From an uncultured Chloroflexia bacterium (lineage in GTDB: Bacteria > Chloroflexota > Chloroflexia > QHBQ01 > JADMIH01), in assembly GCA_963797095.1 (NCBI GenBank), contig CAWCNY010000002.1, positions 1,056,001 to 1,120,000 on the forward strand: a stretch of 64,000 nt of DNA, written 5' to 3'. Positions 19,925-28,639 of this stretch are shown piece after piece. A model generated the notes under the pieces. It ran no database searches and was not told where the DNA came from. It saw only the letters and a program-made list of their open reading frames with translations. Each line of letters opens with the position of its first letter. Position 1 is the first letter of the stretch. Made by a program: the position numbers and the translations under genes.

Positions 19925-19963
19925 AACAAAAGGGGGGACCGGGCCACGGTCCCCCCTTTTGTT
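19925..19963. terminator. Bidirectional intrinsic terminator
   Basis: aacaaaaggggggaccg-ggcca-cggtccccccttttgtt between convergent genes. Confidence 0.85.
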
Positions 19964-19975
19964 TATTCTATCGAG

Positions 19976-21028
19976 CTAGCGGCCCCACGTTAAGCCGGAG
20001 GGCGCGTCGATATTGGCGTTATCGGTCAGCTTTTGTGTGGAGTTGAGACCGGGCACGCCGTCCGCATCCAATCTGAATCCGCCTCCGTAGAGGTCGAACG
20101 ACGTACTTTGCAGGTTCAGATACGCCAGCTTGGTGCCGTCGGGAGACCAGGCAGGAGAGCGGGCAGCGCCATTGATAGTGATCTGAATGGGGGTTGGATA
20201 CTCTCCGGTCCAGGTTTGCTGGTCTGTATCAACCACATAGATGTCGGTTTTGCCCCCCTCGCGCATGGCGAAGGCGATCCACTGGCCGTCAGGCGACCAC
20301 GTAGGGTCGTATGCCCCCTCTTTGGCATCGGTAAGAGCAAGCCAGCGTCCGGTTGTGGTGTTGTACACCCAGATCTGGCCCGTAGCTCCATCGGTCAGGT
20401 AGGTCGCGACCACGATCTTTTCACCGGTGGGTGACCATGCAGGGTGCTCGACTGTCTGCCTGCTCCAATCTAGGCCGGGGGCGGGAGCCAGGGCTGCTGT
20501 GCTGCTGCCGGGCTTGTGGCTAGGAGAGATCACCCGCAGATTGGGGTACTCGGTGCCCACGTCGGAGGTAAAGGCGATCTGTTCGCCGTCGGGCGACCAC
20601 GCCGGGTAATTGGCCCATAGCGCAAGCGTGTTATAGCCTTCGCTTACGCCTGGTATCTCTACCTGGCCCACGGCAACATTTGGGCGATAATCTGTGAGGG
20701 CGACGGGGTTGGATGGATTGCTTATCCTGAGCGTGTAGAGGTCGGAGAAACCCTCATCTATGCGCGTATAGACCAGTTGTGTGCCATCGGGCGAGAAGGA
20801 TGGGTAGGCGTCTCGCTTGTCGAGCTTATCTTTAGGGCCGGCGGTGAGTTGCTTCAATTCACCGCCCGTATAGAGCCAGATAGCCCCACTGCGCGCGAAA
20901 GCGATTTTGCCTCCGAGGTTGGGGCCTGCGAGCGCTTCCGCCGGATTGTTGTTCGAGCGGCCCCACGAGGTAGCCGCCACCAGTAGCATTAGCCCCAGGA
21001 CGAATAGTACAGCGATCTTCTTAGCCAA
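19976..21028 (-). CDS. Exported TolB-like PD40/WD40 beta-propeller protein
   Basis: Signal peptide; repeated P.WSPDG..IAF motifs. Confidence 0.85.
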   Translation of the reverse strand: MAKKIAVLFVLGLMLLVAATSWGRSNNNPAEALAGPNLGGKIAFARSGAIWLYTGGELKQLTAGPKDKLDKRDAYPSFSPDGTQLVYTRIDEGFSDLYTLRISNPSNPVALTDYRPNVAVGQVEIPGVSEGYNTLALWANYPAWSPDGEQIAFTSDVGTEYPNLRVISPSHKPGSSTAALAPAPGLDWSRQTVEHPAWSPTGEKIVVATYLTDGATGQIWVYNTTTGRWLALTDAKEGAYDPTWSPDGQWIAFAMREGGKTDIYVVDTDQQTWTGEYPTPIQITINGAARSPAWSPDGTKLAYLNLQSTSFDLYGGGFRLDADGVPGLNSTQKLTDNANIDAPSGLTWGR

Positions 21029-22244
21029 GATTATTCCCTCGCCAGCGCATCCAGATCTTGTAGAGGAGGCGGTTGTACACGTAATCGTATGCGCCTGGAT
21101 ATTCTACCTCTCTGCCGCCGAAGCCCCTCTTGAACCAGTATACACCACGCAAACCTGAGCGTGTATTTATTGGGGAAACGTCGGCCCCTTCCTCGTCGCC
21201 CTCGGCGGGAGGGTCGGGGATGCCCCAGAAATCGTAGAGCGTGCAGCCATGCGCCCTGGCCCACCTGATCGCTTCCCATTGGAGTAAGTAGTTGGGCATA
21301 TGCTCGCGCCCCCGGTTGTCCGATGCACCATACATATAGATAGCTTCTTGGCCGAACCTGAAGGCCAGCAGGCCCCCGATTGGCCCCTGCGCCCGCTCGG
21401 CCTCGTCGGGGTGATCGGCCAGCAGGATCGCTATAGAGTTGCTGCCGCCGGGGCCGAAGGTGCGCCACAGGCTCGCATAATAAGGTAACGTATGTATGCC
21501 GAATTCGTCGCGCGCCCCTGTGGTCTGGAGCAGGGCGTAGAAAGCCTGGAGATCTGAATACGATTCGGCGCGGCGCACAACGACCCCCCGCCGCCCGGCC
21601 AATCGCAGGTTGTAGCGCGTCTTGGGCTTCATCCCCTTGAGGATATCGTCTTCGCTTCCAGCGATGTCGAGCACCCAGGTGCGTGCGGGTTGCAGGCGTC
21701 CCGAAGGGTGGAAGCCCGGGGCGATCATTTTGCGGTCTACAACTGCCCTGGTGATAGCGCCCTCCAGGGCGACATCAGGCTCGACCTTCAGGAATATCGC
21801 ACCTCGCCGCTTGCTTTGTGCGTGGACGGTGCGCCAGAAGGCCCTTTCGGCATTGACTTCTTGAGCCGCCTCCGGGAAAAAGACGGGACCCCTGGGCACG
21901 TAGGCGATAGATACACGGAAGGGAAGACGCGGCAAGGAGCGGTAGAGCACCTGCCCGTAGACGAGGGGGTTGGTGGAGTTGGTATGGTAGGGGGAATAGC
22001 CTACCTTGCGCTCGCCTATCTTGTGGAGGGCCAGCCGGTAGGGCGACCAGCCGGACGAGCGCTTGAACTCGCCCCATTCCCACGACTGAAGGAGTGACGC
22101 TTGCTGAACCTCAATGCAGCGGTCCCAATCGCGTTGAGGGACATGAGTTCTGGTGACGAACGGGAAGGCAGGCGAATTGCGGCCTTCCACCTTGAGTATG
22201 TCGTCTTGTACGCTCTGCTCAGAGAGCAATCTACTCATCGGCAC
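21021..22244 (-). CDS. FemAB/FemX-family peptidoglycan bridge aminoacyltransferase
   Basis: LLQSWEWGEFK, YVPRGP, FLKVEP, KTRYNLRLAGRRGV, YMYGAS, YDFWGI, FKRGFGG. Confidence 0.9.
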   Translation of the reverse strand: MPMSRLLSEQSVQDDILKVEGRNSPAFPFVTRTHVPQRDWDRCIEVQQASLLQSWEWGEFKRSSGWSPYRLALHKIGERKVGYSPYHTNSTNPLVYGQVLYRSLPRLPFRVSIAYVPRGPVFFPEAAQEVNAERAFWRTVHAQSKRRGAIFLKVEPDVALEGAITRAVVDRKMIAPGFHPSGRLQPARTWVLDIAGSEDDILKGMKPKTRYNLRLAGRRGVVVRRAESYSDLQAFYALLQTTGARDEFGIHTLPYYASLWRTFGPGGSNSIAILLADHPDEAERAQGPIGGLLAFRFGQEAIYMYGASDNRGREHMPNYLLQWEAIRWARAHGCTLYDFWGIPDPPAEGDEEGADVSPINTRSGLRGVYWFKRGFGGREVEYPGAYDYVYNRLLYKIWMRWRGNNLG

Positions 22245-23007
22245 CGTGATGGGTCTTCAGCCTGATTTGTGCTGGGAGCGGCAGCGGGACAGAGTGAGTG
22301 TCTATGCAAGGTTCGCCGTCTGGAAGCATGAACTCGCTGTTATCGGCGTGGTCATAACTGGCCGGGTGGTGGCCCTGCTGAGCACCTGTGCGCTCGCGTT
22401 CGGCGGTGGGATGGGTGCGATCACCATAGGTGGAGTTGTTGCTTACTGCTCCATAGGTGTACACGCCGCGCACCTCGCTGGTGGTCTGCTGGACGGCGCG
22501 CAGGTGGATGCTTGGGCCGGACGGTGAGTTGCGGAAAATGCCTGGTAGCGATGTGATCTCGGTGAACTGGTCGGCGGCCTCGATAAGTTCATTTGAGGTA
22601 CTGATGCCGAATGAGATCACTTCGCAGCGCACTCCCCTGTGCTGGACCGCTTCCAGCAGGCGCACAAAGTCGCCGTCGCCGCTGATGAGGACCACCACAT
22701 CCAGGTTTTCGGAGAGGAGCATGATATCTACGGCCATCTCGATGTCGAGGTTAGCCTTGATGCGCCCTCCTTCGTACTTATGAATGTCTTTGCAGATTAC
22801 CTTGTAGCCGTTGGCGCGCAGGAAATCGATGAATTTGCGCTGGTTAGGATTGTCGGGATCGACACCCGTGTAGGCGCTGGCGCGGATGAGGTCGCGCCCG
22901 GCCACCGCACAATCGAGCAAGCGGCAATAGTTGACTTCTACCCCGGCAGACTTGGCCGAGTAAAAAAGATTAGATACGTCTACAAAGACGCCAACGTTAT
23001 GAGACAT
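22231..23007 (-). CDS. NYN (LabA/DUF88) PIN-like domain protein with low-complexity tail
   Basis: VFVDVSNL, KANLDIEMAVD, LISGDGDF, SNELIEAADQF. Confidence 0.9.
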   Translation of the reverse strand: MSHNVGVFVDVSNLFYSAKSAGVEVNYCRLLDCAVAGRDLIRASAYTGVDPDNPNQRKFIDFLRANGYKVICKDIHKYEGGRIKANLDIEMAVDIMLLSENLDVVVLISGDGDFVRLLEAVQHRGVRCEVISFGISTSNELIEAADQFTEITSLPGIFRNSPSGPSIHLRAVQQTTSEVRGVYTYGAVSNNSTYGDRTHPTAERERTGAQQGHHPASYDHADNSEFMLPDGEPCIDTHSVPLPLPAQIRLKTHHGADE

Positions 23008-23451
23008 TTCCTATCCCCTTCGATAGTTGTATGATATTCGGACCTTCTGATACGTGATACGTGCTTTATAAGGGACCATTATACCTGTATTATACCTTAA
23101 TATTTAGGGGATGGTCGAAGATTGCCCCTAAATTGTCCGCTGAAAGTGGTCCTGGGGCGTAGTGTCGGACCCATAATAAGGAATACCTCTCCTCCTCTAT
23201 CGCCGCAAAAGCACCGCTGGGGCACCCCATGGACAGCGCTGTCGCATAGAACCCCCAAGGTGTCCCAGGTGCGGGCACTTCTCATGGGTGTCCTGCCAAT
23301 ATGCGAGCCCTGTAGTCCCTTCGGGACTTGGCTTGGGTGGCATTCCATCGGGGCACCCACCACGGACACCGCTACAATCGGCTCTTTGTGCAACAACATT
23401 GCCCACAATGGATGCCCTTACAATCCGCTACTTCACCCCAACGACACAAAC

Positions 23452-24669
23452 CTACAGAAGCTCGCGCACCACCGCTGCCAATCTCTTGACCGCTTCTTCT
23501 ATATCAGCGGGTGGAAGGAGGCTGTAGGAGAGGCGGAGGTAGGTGCCGGGCGTTTCGGGCTGCTGGGCGAAGCAAGGTTCGCCAGGGAGATATTCGACCC
23601 CCTGCTCCCGTGCCCGCGCGGCCAGATTAGAGGGTTCTATGGTGGGTGGGAGCCACATCCACACGAAGAATCCCCCGGCGGGGCGCGTCCATCGCGCTTC
23701 TGCGGGAAAGTACCGGTCGAGGGCCGCCAGCATTGCGTCGCGTTTGACGCAATAAGCGGTGATAAGGTCGCGGATGTGCGAGGCTAGTGCCCCCTCGCGG
23801 TTGTATTCCAGCGAAACCGATTGGACGAAGGCAGATGTGCCCCCTTCGTCTTTCAGCAGCAGCATACGGCGTATTATCTCAGGGTGAGCCACAGCCCACC
23901 CGAGTTGCATACCTGGGGCCAGGATCTTGGAGAATGTGCCTGTGCGTATCACGTGCGCGTTGGGATCGAGGGCATAGAGCGAGGTCGGCAATGGCCCTTC
24001 ATCGGGATCGTAGTAAAGCTCGCGATAAGCGTCGTCCTCAATGATAGTGAGGTTGTACCGCCGGGCCACCTCGACTAACGCCATGCGGGAACTCCGGGGT
24101 AGCGTAAGCCCCGATGGGTTCTGGAACGTGGGGATCGTGTAGATGATGCGCGGACGTGCCCCCTCCGACAACAGCGAGTGGATCATCTGCTCCAGGCGAT
24201 CAACATCGATACCGTCGGCTCCAGTAGGCATGTTGCGAAGGTCGGCACCCGCCCTCTGGAAGACGCTCAACGCGCCGGGGAAAGAGGGCGCTTCCACAAA
24301 GACAATATCGCCCTCATCCAGCAGGGCGCGGGCGGCCAGTCCGATAGCAGCCGAAGCGCCATTGGTGATCACGATGTTATCGCGGCCAATCGCGATCCCT
24401 TCTCCGGCCAAAAGCTTGCCCGCCACCATATCCATAAAAGCAGGCTGGCCCTGCACCGAGCCGTATTGTAGGCCGATCCCCGCCAACTCCGGGTCGGCAA
24501 GCACGCGGCCAACCGCGTCCTCGATCCCCTCAGCCGGAAAAAGGGCGGGGTCAGGATTTCCGTAAGCAAGCGAGAAGGGCGCGCTCACCCCCGCGACGTA
24601 CCAGGCCGTGCCCCCACGCGCCACCTTGCGCGACCAGTGCGGGATGAAGCGGGCCGAGTTATGGATCAT
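23452..24669 (-). CDS. PLP-dependent class I aminotransferase (LysN/MocR-like, no HTH)
   Basis: FQNPSG, IIEDDAY, GTFSKILAPG, GGFFVW, LRLSYS; start moved to ATG 24669 to avoid overlap with the HEAT gene. Confidence 0.88.
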   Translation of the reverse strand: MIHNSARFIPHWSRKVARGGTAWYVAGVSAPFSLAYGNPDPALFPAEGIEDAVGRVLADPELAGIGLQYGSVQGQPAFMDMVAGKLLAGEGIAIGRDNIVITNGASAAIGLAARALLDEGDIVFVEAPSFPGALSVFQRAGADLRNMPTGADGIDVDRLEQMIHSLLSEGARPRIIYTIPTFQNPSGLTLPRSSRMALVEVARRYNLTIIEDDAYRELYYDPDEGPLPTSLYALDPNAHVIRTGTFSKILAPGMQLGWAVAHPEIIRRMLLLKDEGGTSAFVQSVSLEYNREGALASHIRDLITAYCVKRDAMLAALDRYFPAEARWTRPAGGFFVWMWLPPTIEPSNLAARAREQGVEYLPGEPCFAQQPETPGTYLRLSYSLLPPADIEEAVKRLAAVVRELL

Positions 24670-24703
24670 AGGCCTGTGATCGTCGATTCCTGTCTCCTGC
24701 CTG

Positions 24704-25621
24704 CTATACCACGTCCAACGGGTTGGCCGAGAACGCGATCTCCTGAAGTGCCTCCTGCGCGGCATCATGTACCGCTTGCTCGGTGCTGCTGACTGCGTTG
24801 CGCAGGGCATCGGATGCCGCTTTGCCCCCGATCTGCCCCAGCCCCCAGATCGCCGCCAGCCGTACTTCAAGATCGGGGTCGCTAATTAGCTCGATAAGCC
24901 TAGGGACAGCGTCCTCGATGACGATCTCCCCGGCGGCGTGGGCCGCTTCATAGCGCATAGCGGGTCGCGTGTTATTTAGCTCATGCATGATAATGGGCGT
25001 CCACTCCTTGTCTGTGGTGCGTCCCATCGCGAACACCGCGCTCTCTGCGTGCTTCTCGCCCTGCTTATACTGATCGGCGATCAGCTCCTGCACTTCTTTA
25101 TCCTGGTTGAAGTAGCCCAGGCTTTCCACGGCGCGTCTCCGCACATCCTCGTCCTCGGCGCGGTCGCGGGCGCTCGCGATGAGCGTACTGCGTAGATGGC
25201 TTTCCTCCGATTGTATGCCAAGCTTGTTGCACTGCGCCAGGTAGGTGAAGCGCCCCAGGGCGGTAGCGCTGGCCTCGCGCACATCCTCGTCGGGGTCGTT
25301 GCGCAACAGCGTAAGGAGCCTGCCGAGCAGGAGGGTGCTGTTGTCCTCGCTCAGGCCCTCTATAGCCTTCCTACGCACATCCGCGCTGGTATCATCGAGG
25401 GCGTTCAGGAACACTCGCCTGAAGTGATAGTCAATATTATCTTCCGCTATAATCGCTAGGGCCGACACGATTTGCGCCCGCCGCTGGGGAGGAAGCGAAG
25501 GCCAGACAACACGTAGCGTATCGCGGTCCTCGCTGTTCAGGTCGGAGAGGAATTTAAGGGAGGCGACGTTAAGTTTGTCGCCGTTGCCCAGGTTTTCGAT
25601 TTGTTCTTTGAATGTAGTCAT
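24704..25621 (-). CDS. HEAT-repeat protein
   Basis: Repeated D..VR..A..ALG motifs. Confidence 0.85.
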   Translation of the reverse strand: MTTFKEQIENLGNGDKLNVASLKFLSDLNSEDRDTLRVVWPSLPPQRRAQIVSALAIIAEDNIDYHFRRVFLNALDDTSADVRRKAIEGLSEDNSTLLLGRLLTLLRNDPDEDVREASATALGRFTYLAQCNKLGIQSEESHLRSTLIASARDRAEDEDVRRRAVESLGYFNQDKEVQELIADQYKQGEKHAESAVFAMGRTTDKEWTPIIMHELNNTRPAMRYEAAHAAGEIVIEDAVPRLIELISDPDLEVRLAAIWGLGQIGGKAASDALRNAVSSTEQAVHDAAQEALQEIAFSANPLDVV

Positions 25622-25865
25622 CTTTTATTTCCAGTTTCCAGTTATCGTTAGTGTCTTTGTAACGGCTTAATGACTTAATATTGGTAGCCGTATGATCCTA
25701 TTATGCCAAAAGTGTCAAGGTGATCTTCAAACTTGGCCCCATTGCCACGAGAACTCTACCGATCTATAATCGCTGGAAGCAGATGGCATAATACACCGTT
25801 ACTTCTATCTGCATGAACGCTGCTCCTCGCTTGCGCTACCGAGTGCGCAATATTGGAGGCTTGCC

Positions 25866-27746
25866 ATGCACGCTGACTACGAGGACACACTGGAAGTGCG
25901 TCTACAGCGGGTCGAAGGAGCCGTAGAGGAGATCAGGGCGACGCTCGCTCGCCTGGAGGCGGCTTCTGTCTCTGCTGGCCCCAGGGCGCCGCAGGCTACA
26001 GTTCCCCTGTCCGCCACCCATCGGGCCGTCCCAATTCCACCTCCGCCTGCGCCGCTTGAGCAAGTGTTTTGCCCAAACTGTCACGGCGGCAACCCCCCAA
26101 CAGCGCAGGTTTGTATGTGGTGCGGTAGGCCGTTGCCCGCCGCAGCACCCACGCCCGGCCTCTCTGAGTCCACTTTAGCGATACCCGCGAAGCCACTCGA
26201 TGCGGCGCGGCAGAGTGCGTTCTGGCTCAACAAGATCGGTATCGGTCTGTTCCTGTTGGGGCTGGCATTCTTCTTCAAATACTCCATCGACCAGGGTTGG
26301 CTTGGCCCGTGGGTGCGCGTCATCATAGGGCTGGCGTTCGGTACCATCCTGCTGGCGTTCGGATTGCGTCTGATCGGTAATCATCGGCACTTCGGCCAGG
26401 TGCTACTCGGCGGAGGCATCGCGGCCTACTACATCACCGGCTTTGCCTCGTTCCAGCTTCTGAACCTGGTGCCTTATCCGGTCGCTTTCGCCTTCATGGC
26501 GGCAACCACTATATTCGCGTTCTTCCTCTCCATAGGCTTCGATGCCGTGCCCCTGGCGCTCATCGCGGTCATAGGCGGGCTTGCCACTCCCTTAGTCCTG
26601 AATACAGGCGAAAGAAACATTACTGCTCTGGTGGGGTATACCCTTCTGCTTCTGGCGGGAGCAACGGCTATCTTCATGTTCAAGGGGTGGCGCTCCCTCC
26701 TCTGGTCGGCTTTCGTGGGCGGGTGGGCGGTGCTCCTGATCCCTGCTGTCCTGGCGTTGTCGCAATCCGAGCGGTGGACCCTGGAGGCCGGGGCTATCTT
26801 CATGCTATTGGCTTTCTGGATCCTCCCCGTGCTCCGAGACCTGTTGAGCATGGAGAATCCTGCTCGCTGGCCCAGGCCTGAATTAGACATCTTCGAAAGC
26901 GTCGTCAGCCCAGACTGGCGCGATTCCATGGACCTGAGCGTGCATCTGCTCACCTTTCTCACTCCCTTTGCCGTCATCGGCTATTCGGTAGGGCTAGATT
27001 GGCCGGGTTCGAATGGCGATGTGTGGGGGTTCATATCTCTAGCCGGGGCGGCTGTCTTCGGGGTACTCGCATGGTCGCTCAATAATCGCCAAAAGCAGTT
27101 AGCCTACACGCACGCTCTAACCGCTGTCGCGCTCTTTACGCTGGGTATTTCTCTAATCCTGGAGGGCGATGTCCTCTTTGTGGCGCTGGCTCTGGAGGCT
27201 GCTCTGCTGCAAGCGACGGCTCGGCGCAGGCAAGATATACGCATCGAGTGGATCGCCAACACAGGTTGGCTGCTCCTTGTGATTTGGCTGGCCGCGCGAC
27301 TGGCCTACCCTTACGCAACCGAGCTCGCTGTCTTCAATGCCTACAGTCTTAGCAATCTTGCGATTATCCTCTTGCTCGGAGGAATGTCGTGGGTTGTGCG
27401 AACACAGCAAGTCGTATGGCTCTACCGGATCGGTGCCCACATAGGCTTTCTCTGGTGGTTGTGGCGCGAATTGGAGCGTCTCCCAAGTGGTAACGCGCTC
27501 GTGACCGTGGCATGGAGCATATATGCCCTGGCGATCCTGGGTGTGGGCTCCTGGTTGAAAGGCACCAACCGTCTACCGATCATGAACATCGGTATCGCTA
27601 CTCTGTTCCTGGTGGTGGGCAAGCTGATTCTTGTTGATCTGGTGGTGCTCGACGCCGTGTGGCGTATTCTCCTATTCCTTGGCGTGGGCGCACTGCTGCT
27701 CGTTCTAAGCTATTATCTTCCCATGAACCGCAAGGAAAAATCATGA
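25866..27746 (+). CDS. DUF2339-like polytopic membrane protein with N-terminal zinc ribbon
   Basis: GGAGG RBS; CPNC..N...A..CMWCG; WLNKIGIGLFLLGLAFFFKYSIDQGWLGP; C-terminal KLILVDL..L..WRILLFLGVG. Confidence 0.85.
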   Translation: MHADYEDTLEVRLQRVEGAVEEIRATLARLEAASVSAGPRAPQATVPLSATHRAVPIPPPPAPLEQVFCPNCHGGNPPTAQVCMWCGRPLPAAAPTPGLSESTLAIPAKPLDAARQSAFWLNKIGIGLFLLGLAFFFKYSIDQGWLGPWVRVIIGLAFGTILLAFGLRLIGNHRHFGQVLLGGGIAAYYITGFASFQLLNLVPYPVAFAFMAATTIFAFFLSIGFDAVPLALIAVIGGLATPLVLNTGERNITALVGYTLLLLAGATAIFMFKGWRSLLWSAFVGGWAVLLIPAVLALSQSERWTLEAGAIFMLLAFWILPVLRDLLSMENPARWPRPELDIFESVVSPDWRDSMDLSVHLLTFLTPFAVIGYSVGLDWPGSNGDVWGFISLAGAAVFGVLAWSLNNRQKQLAYTHALTAVALFTLGISLILEGDVLFVALALEAALLQATARRRQDIRIEWIANTGWLLLVIWLAARLAYPYATELAVFNAYSLSNLAIILLLGGMSWVVRTQQVVWLYRIGAHIGFLWWLWRELERLPSGNALVTVAWSIYALAILGVGSWLKGTNRLPIMNIGIATLFLVVGKLILVDLVVLDAVWRILLFLGVGALLLVLSYYLPMNRKEKS

Positions 27747-27825
27747 ATCGTGGGTCATGCATCTGAAATCACGCGAGCAATCCGGCCCGTATACGCGCAA
27801 AGACTTTGCATCCATCCATTTTGCT

Positions 27826-28052
27826 CAGGGCGATTGCATCTAAATTCGTTTTGGGCCAAAAGGTCAGATTCCATGGGCATCTCGACCTTATGGAGGCGCC
27901 TCAAGGTCGAAAAGCCAGTCCCAAGACACCCCAGGATGCTATTGTGACTGGCTCGCGAGCCACTATCAGAGCCTTCTGTGGCCGTACTACCGACTGTGGT
28001 GGGCCCGTTTGAGCCATTTTCAGTCGAATCCACTTTAGATGCAATCGCCCTG
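27826..28052. mobile_element. 227-bp non-autonomous MITE with ISAs1-like ends
   Basis: 19-bp perfect TIR CAGGGCGATTGCATCTAAA (27826-44) / TTTAGATGCAATCGCCCTG (28034-52); 10-bp direct repeat CCATTTTGCT at 27816-25 and 28053-62. Confidence 0.9.
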
Positions 28053-28186
28053 CCATTTTGCTCGATTCCTATTGACTAATTCACCCCAAGACTGATATAT
28101 TTACCAGGCGACCTTTTGGGGGTTTGTATGGCATGGTCCGGCCATGCTTTTGGCCGGGTTTTAGTTGTGGCAAGGGAGGCTATTTT

Positions 28187-28621
28187 ATGCTGGAACAGAA
28201 AATCAAGGTATTCAGCGAGGCGCTGGCGCGCGTAGTAGACAGGCGAACATTCCTGCGACGAATGGGCGGCACTATGGTAGCCGGAGTATCGGCAATGGTG
28301 ATGGGTCCTGCTCTTGCTAGCGCCGGGGCAGGCGCCGCCAGTAAGGCGCTTGCATCCCCTACTATTAGCTGCTCTCCTCCGGGACCGTACTGCAACACGG
28401 GCGGGGGCGACACCAGCGGCTGCCGGGGAGGTCATTGCTATCAGCACCAGACCGCTCCCAATACAGTTACTTGCCAGGTGTATTACACGTACTATGCGAC
28501 AGGGTGTTGGACCAGTGCGGTAAGTGGCGGATACTGGACCTGCTGTGACTGCCGGTGTAGTAACAACGCTACCTGCGGCTGCGCTCAGTTCAACCCGGGC
28601 GGCAACCCAAGCCCGCACTAA
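28187..28621 (+). CDS. Tat-signal cysteine-rich small protein, copy 1 (144 aa, 12 Cys)
   Basis: GGGAGG RBS before ATG 28187; DRRTFL twin-arginine motif; same length as the paralogue at 31165. Confidence 0.85.
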   Translation: MLEQKIKVFSEALARVVDRRTFLRRMGGTMVAGVSAMVMGPALASAGAGAASKALASPTISCSPPGPYCNTGGGDTSGCRGGHCYQHQTAPNTVTCQVYYTYYATGCWTSAVSGGYWTCCDCRCSNNATCGCAQFNPGGNPSPH

Positions 28622-28639
28622 TAAGGGGAGACAGAAATA

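Noticed and set aside
27750-28033. Short ORFs across the MITE region
   Set aside because: No RBS or motifs; they straddle or fall within the TIR-bounded element.
28187-28621. Firm call as MauA or as a RiPP precursor
   Set aside because: Cys/Trp spacing does not match MauA by eye and no maturation or modifying enzymes lie nearby; kept only as a hypothesis.
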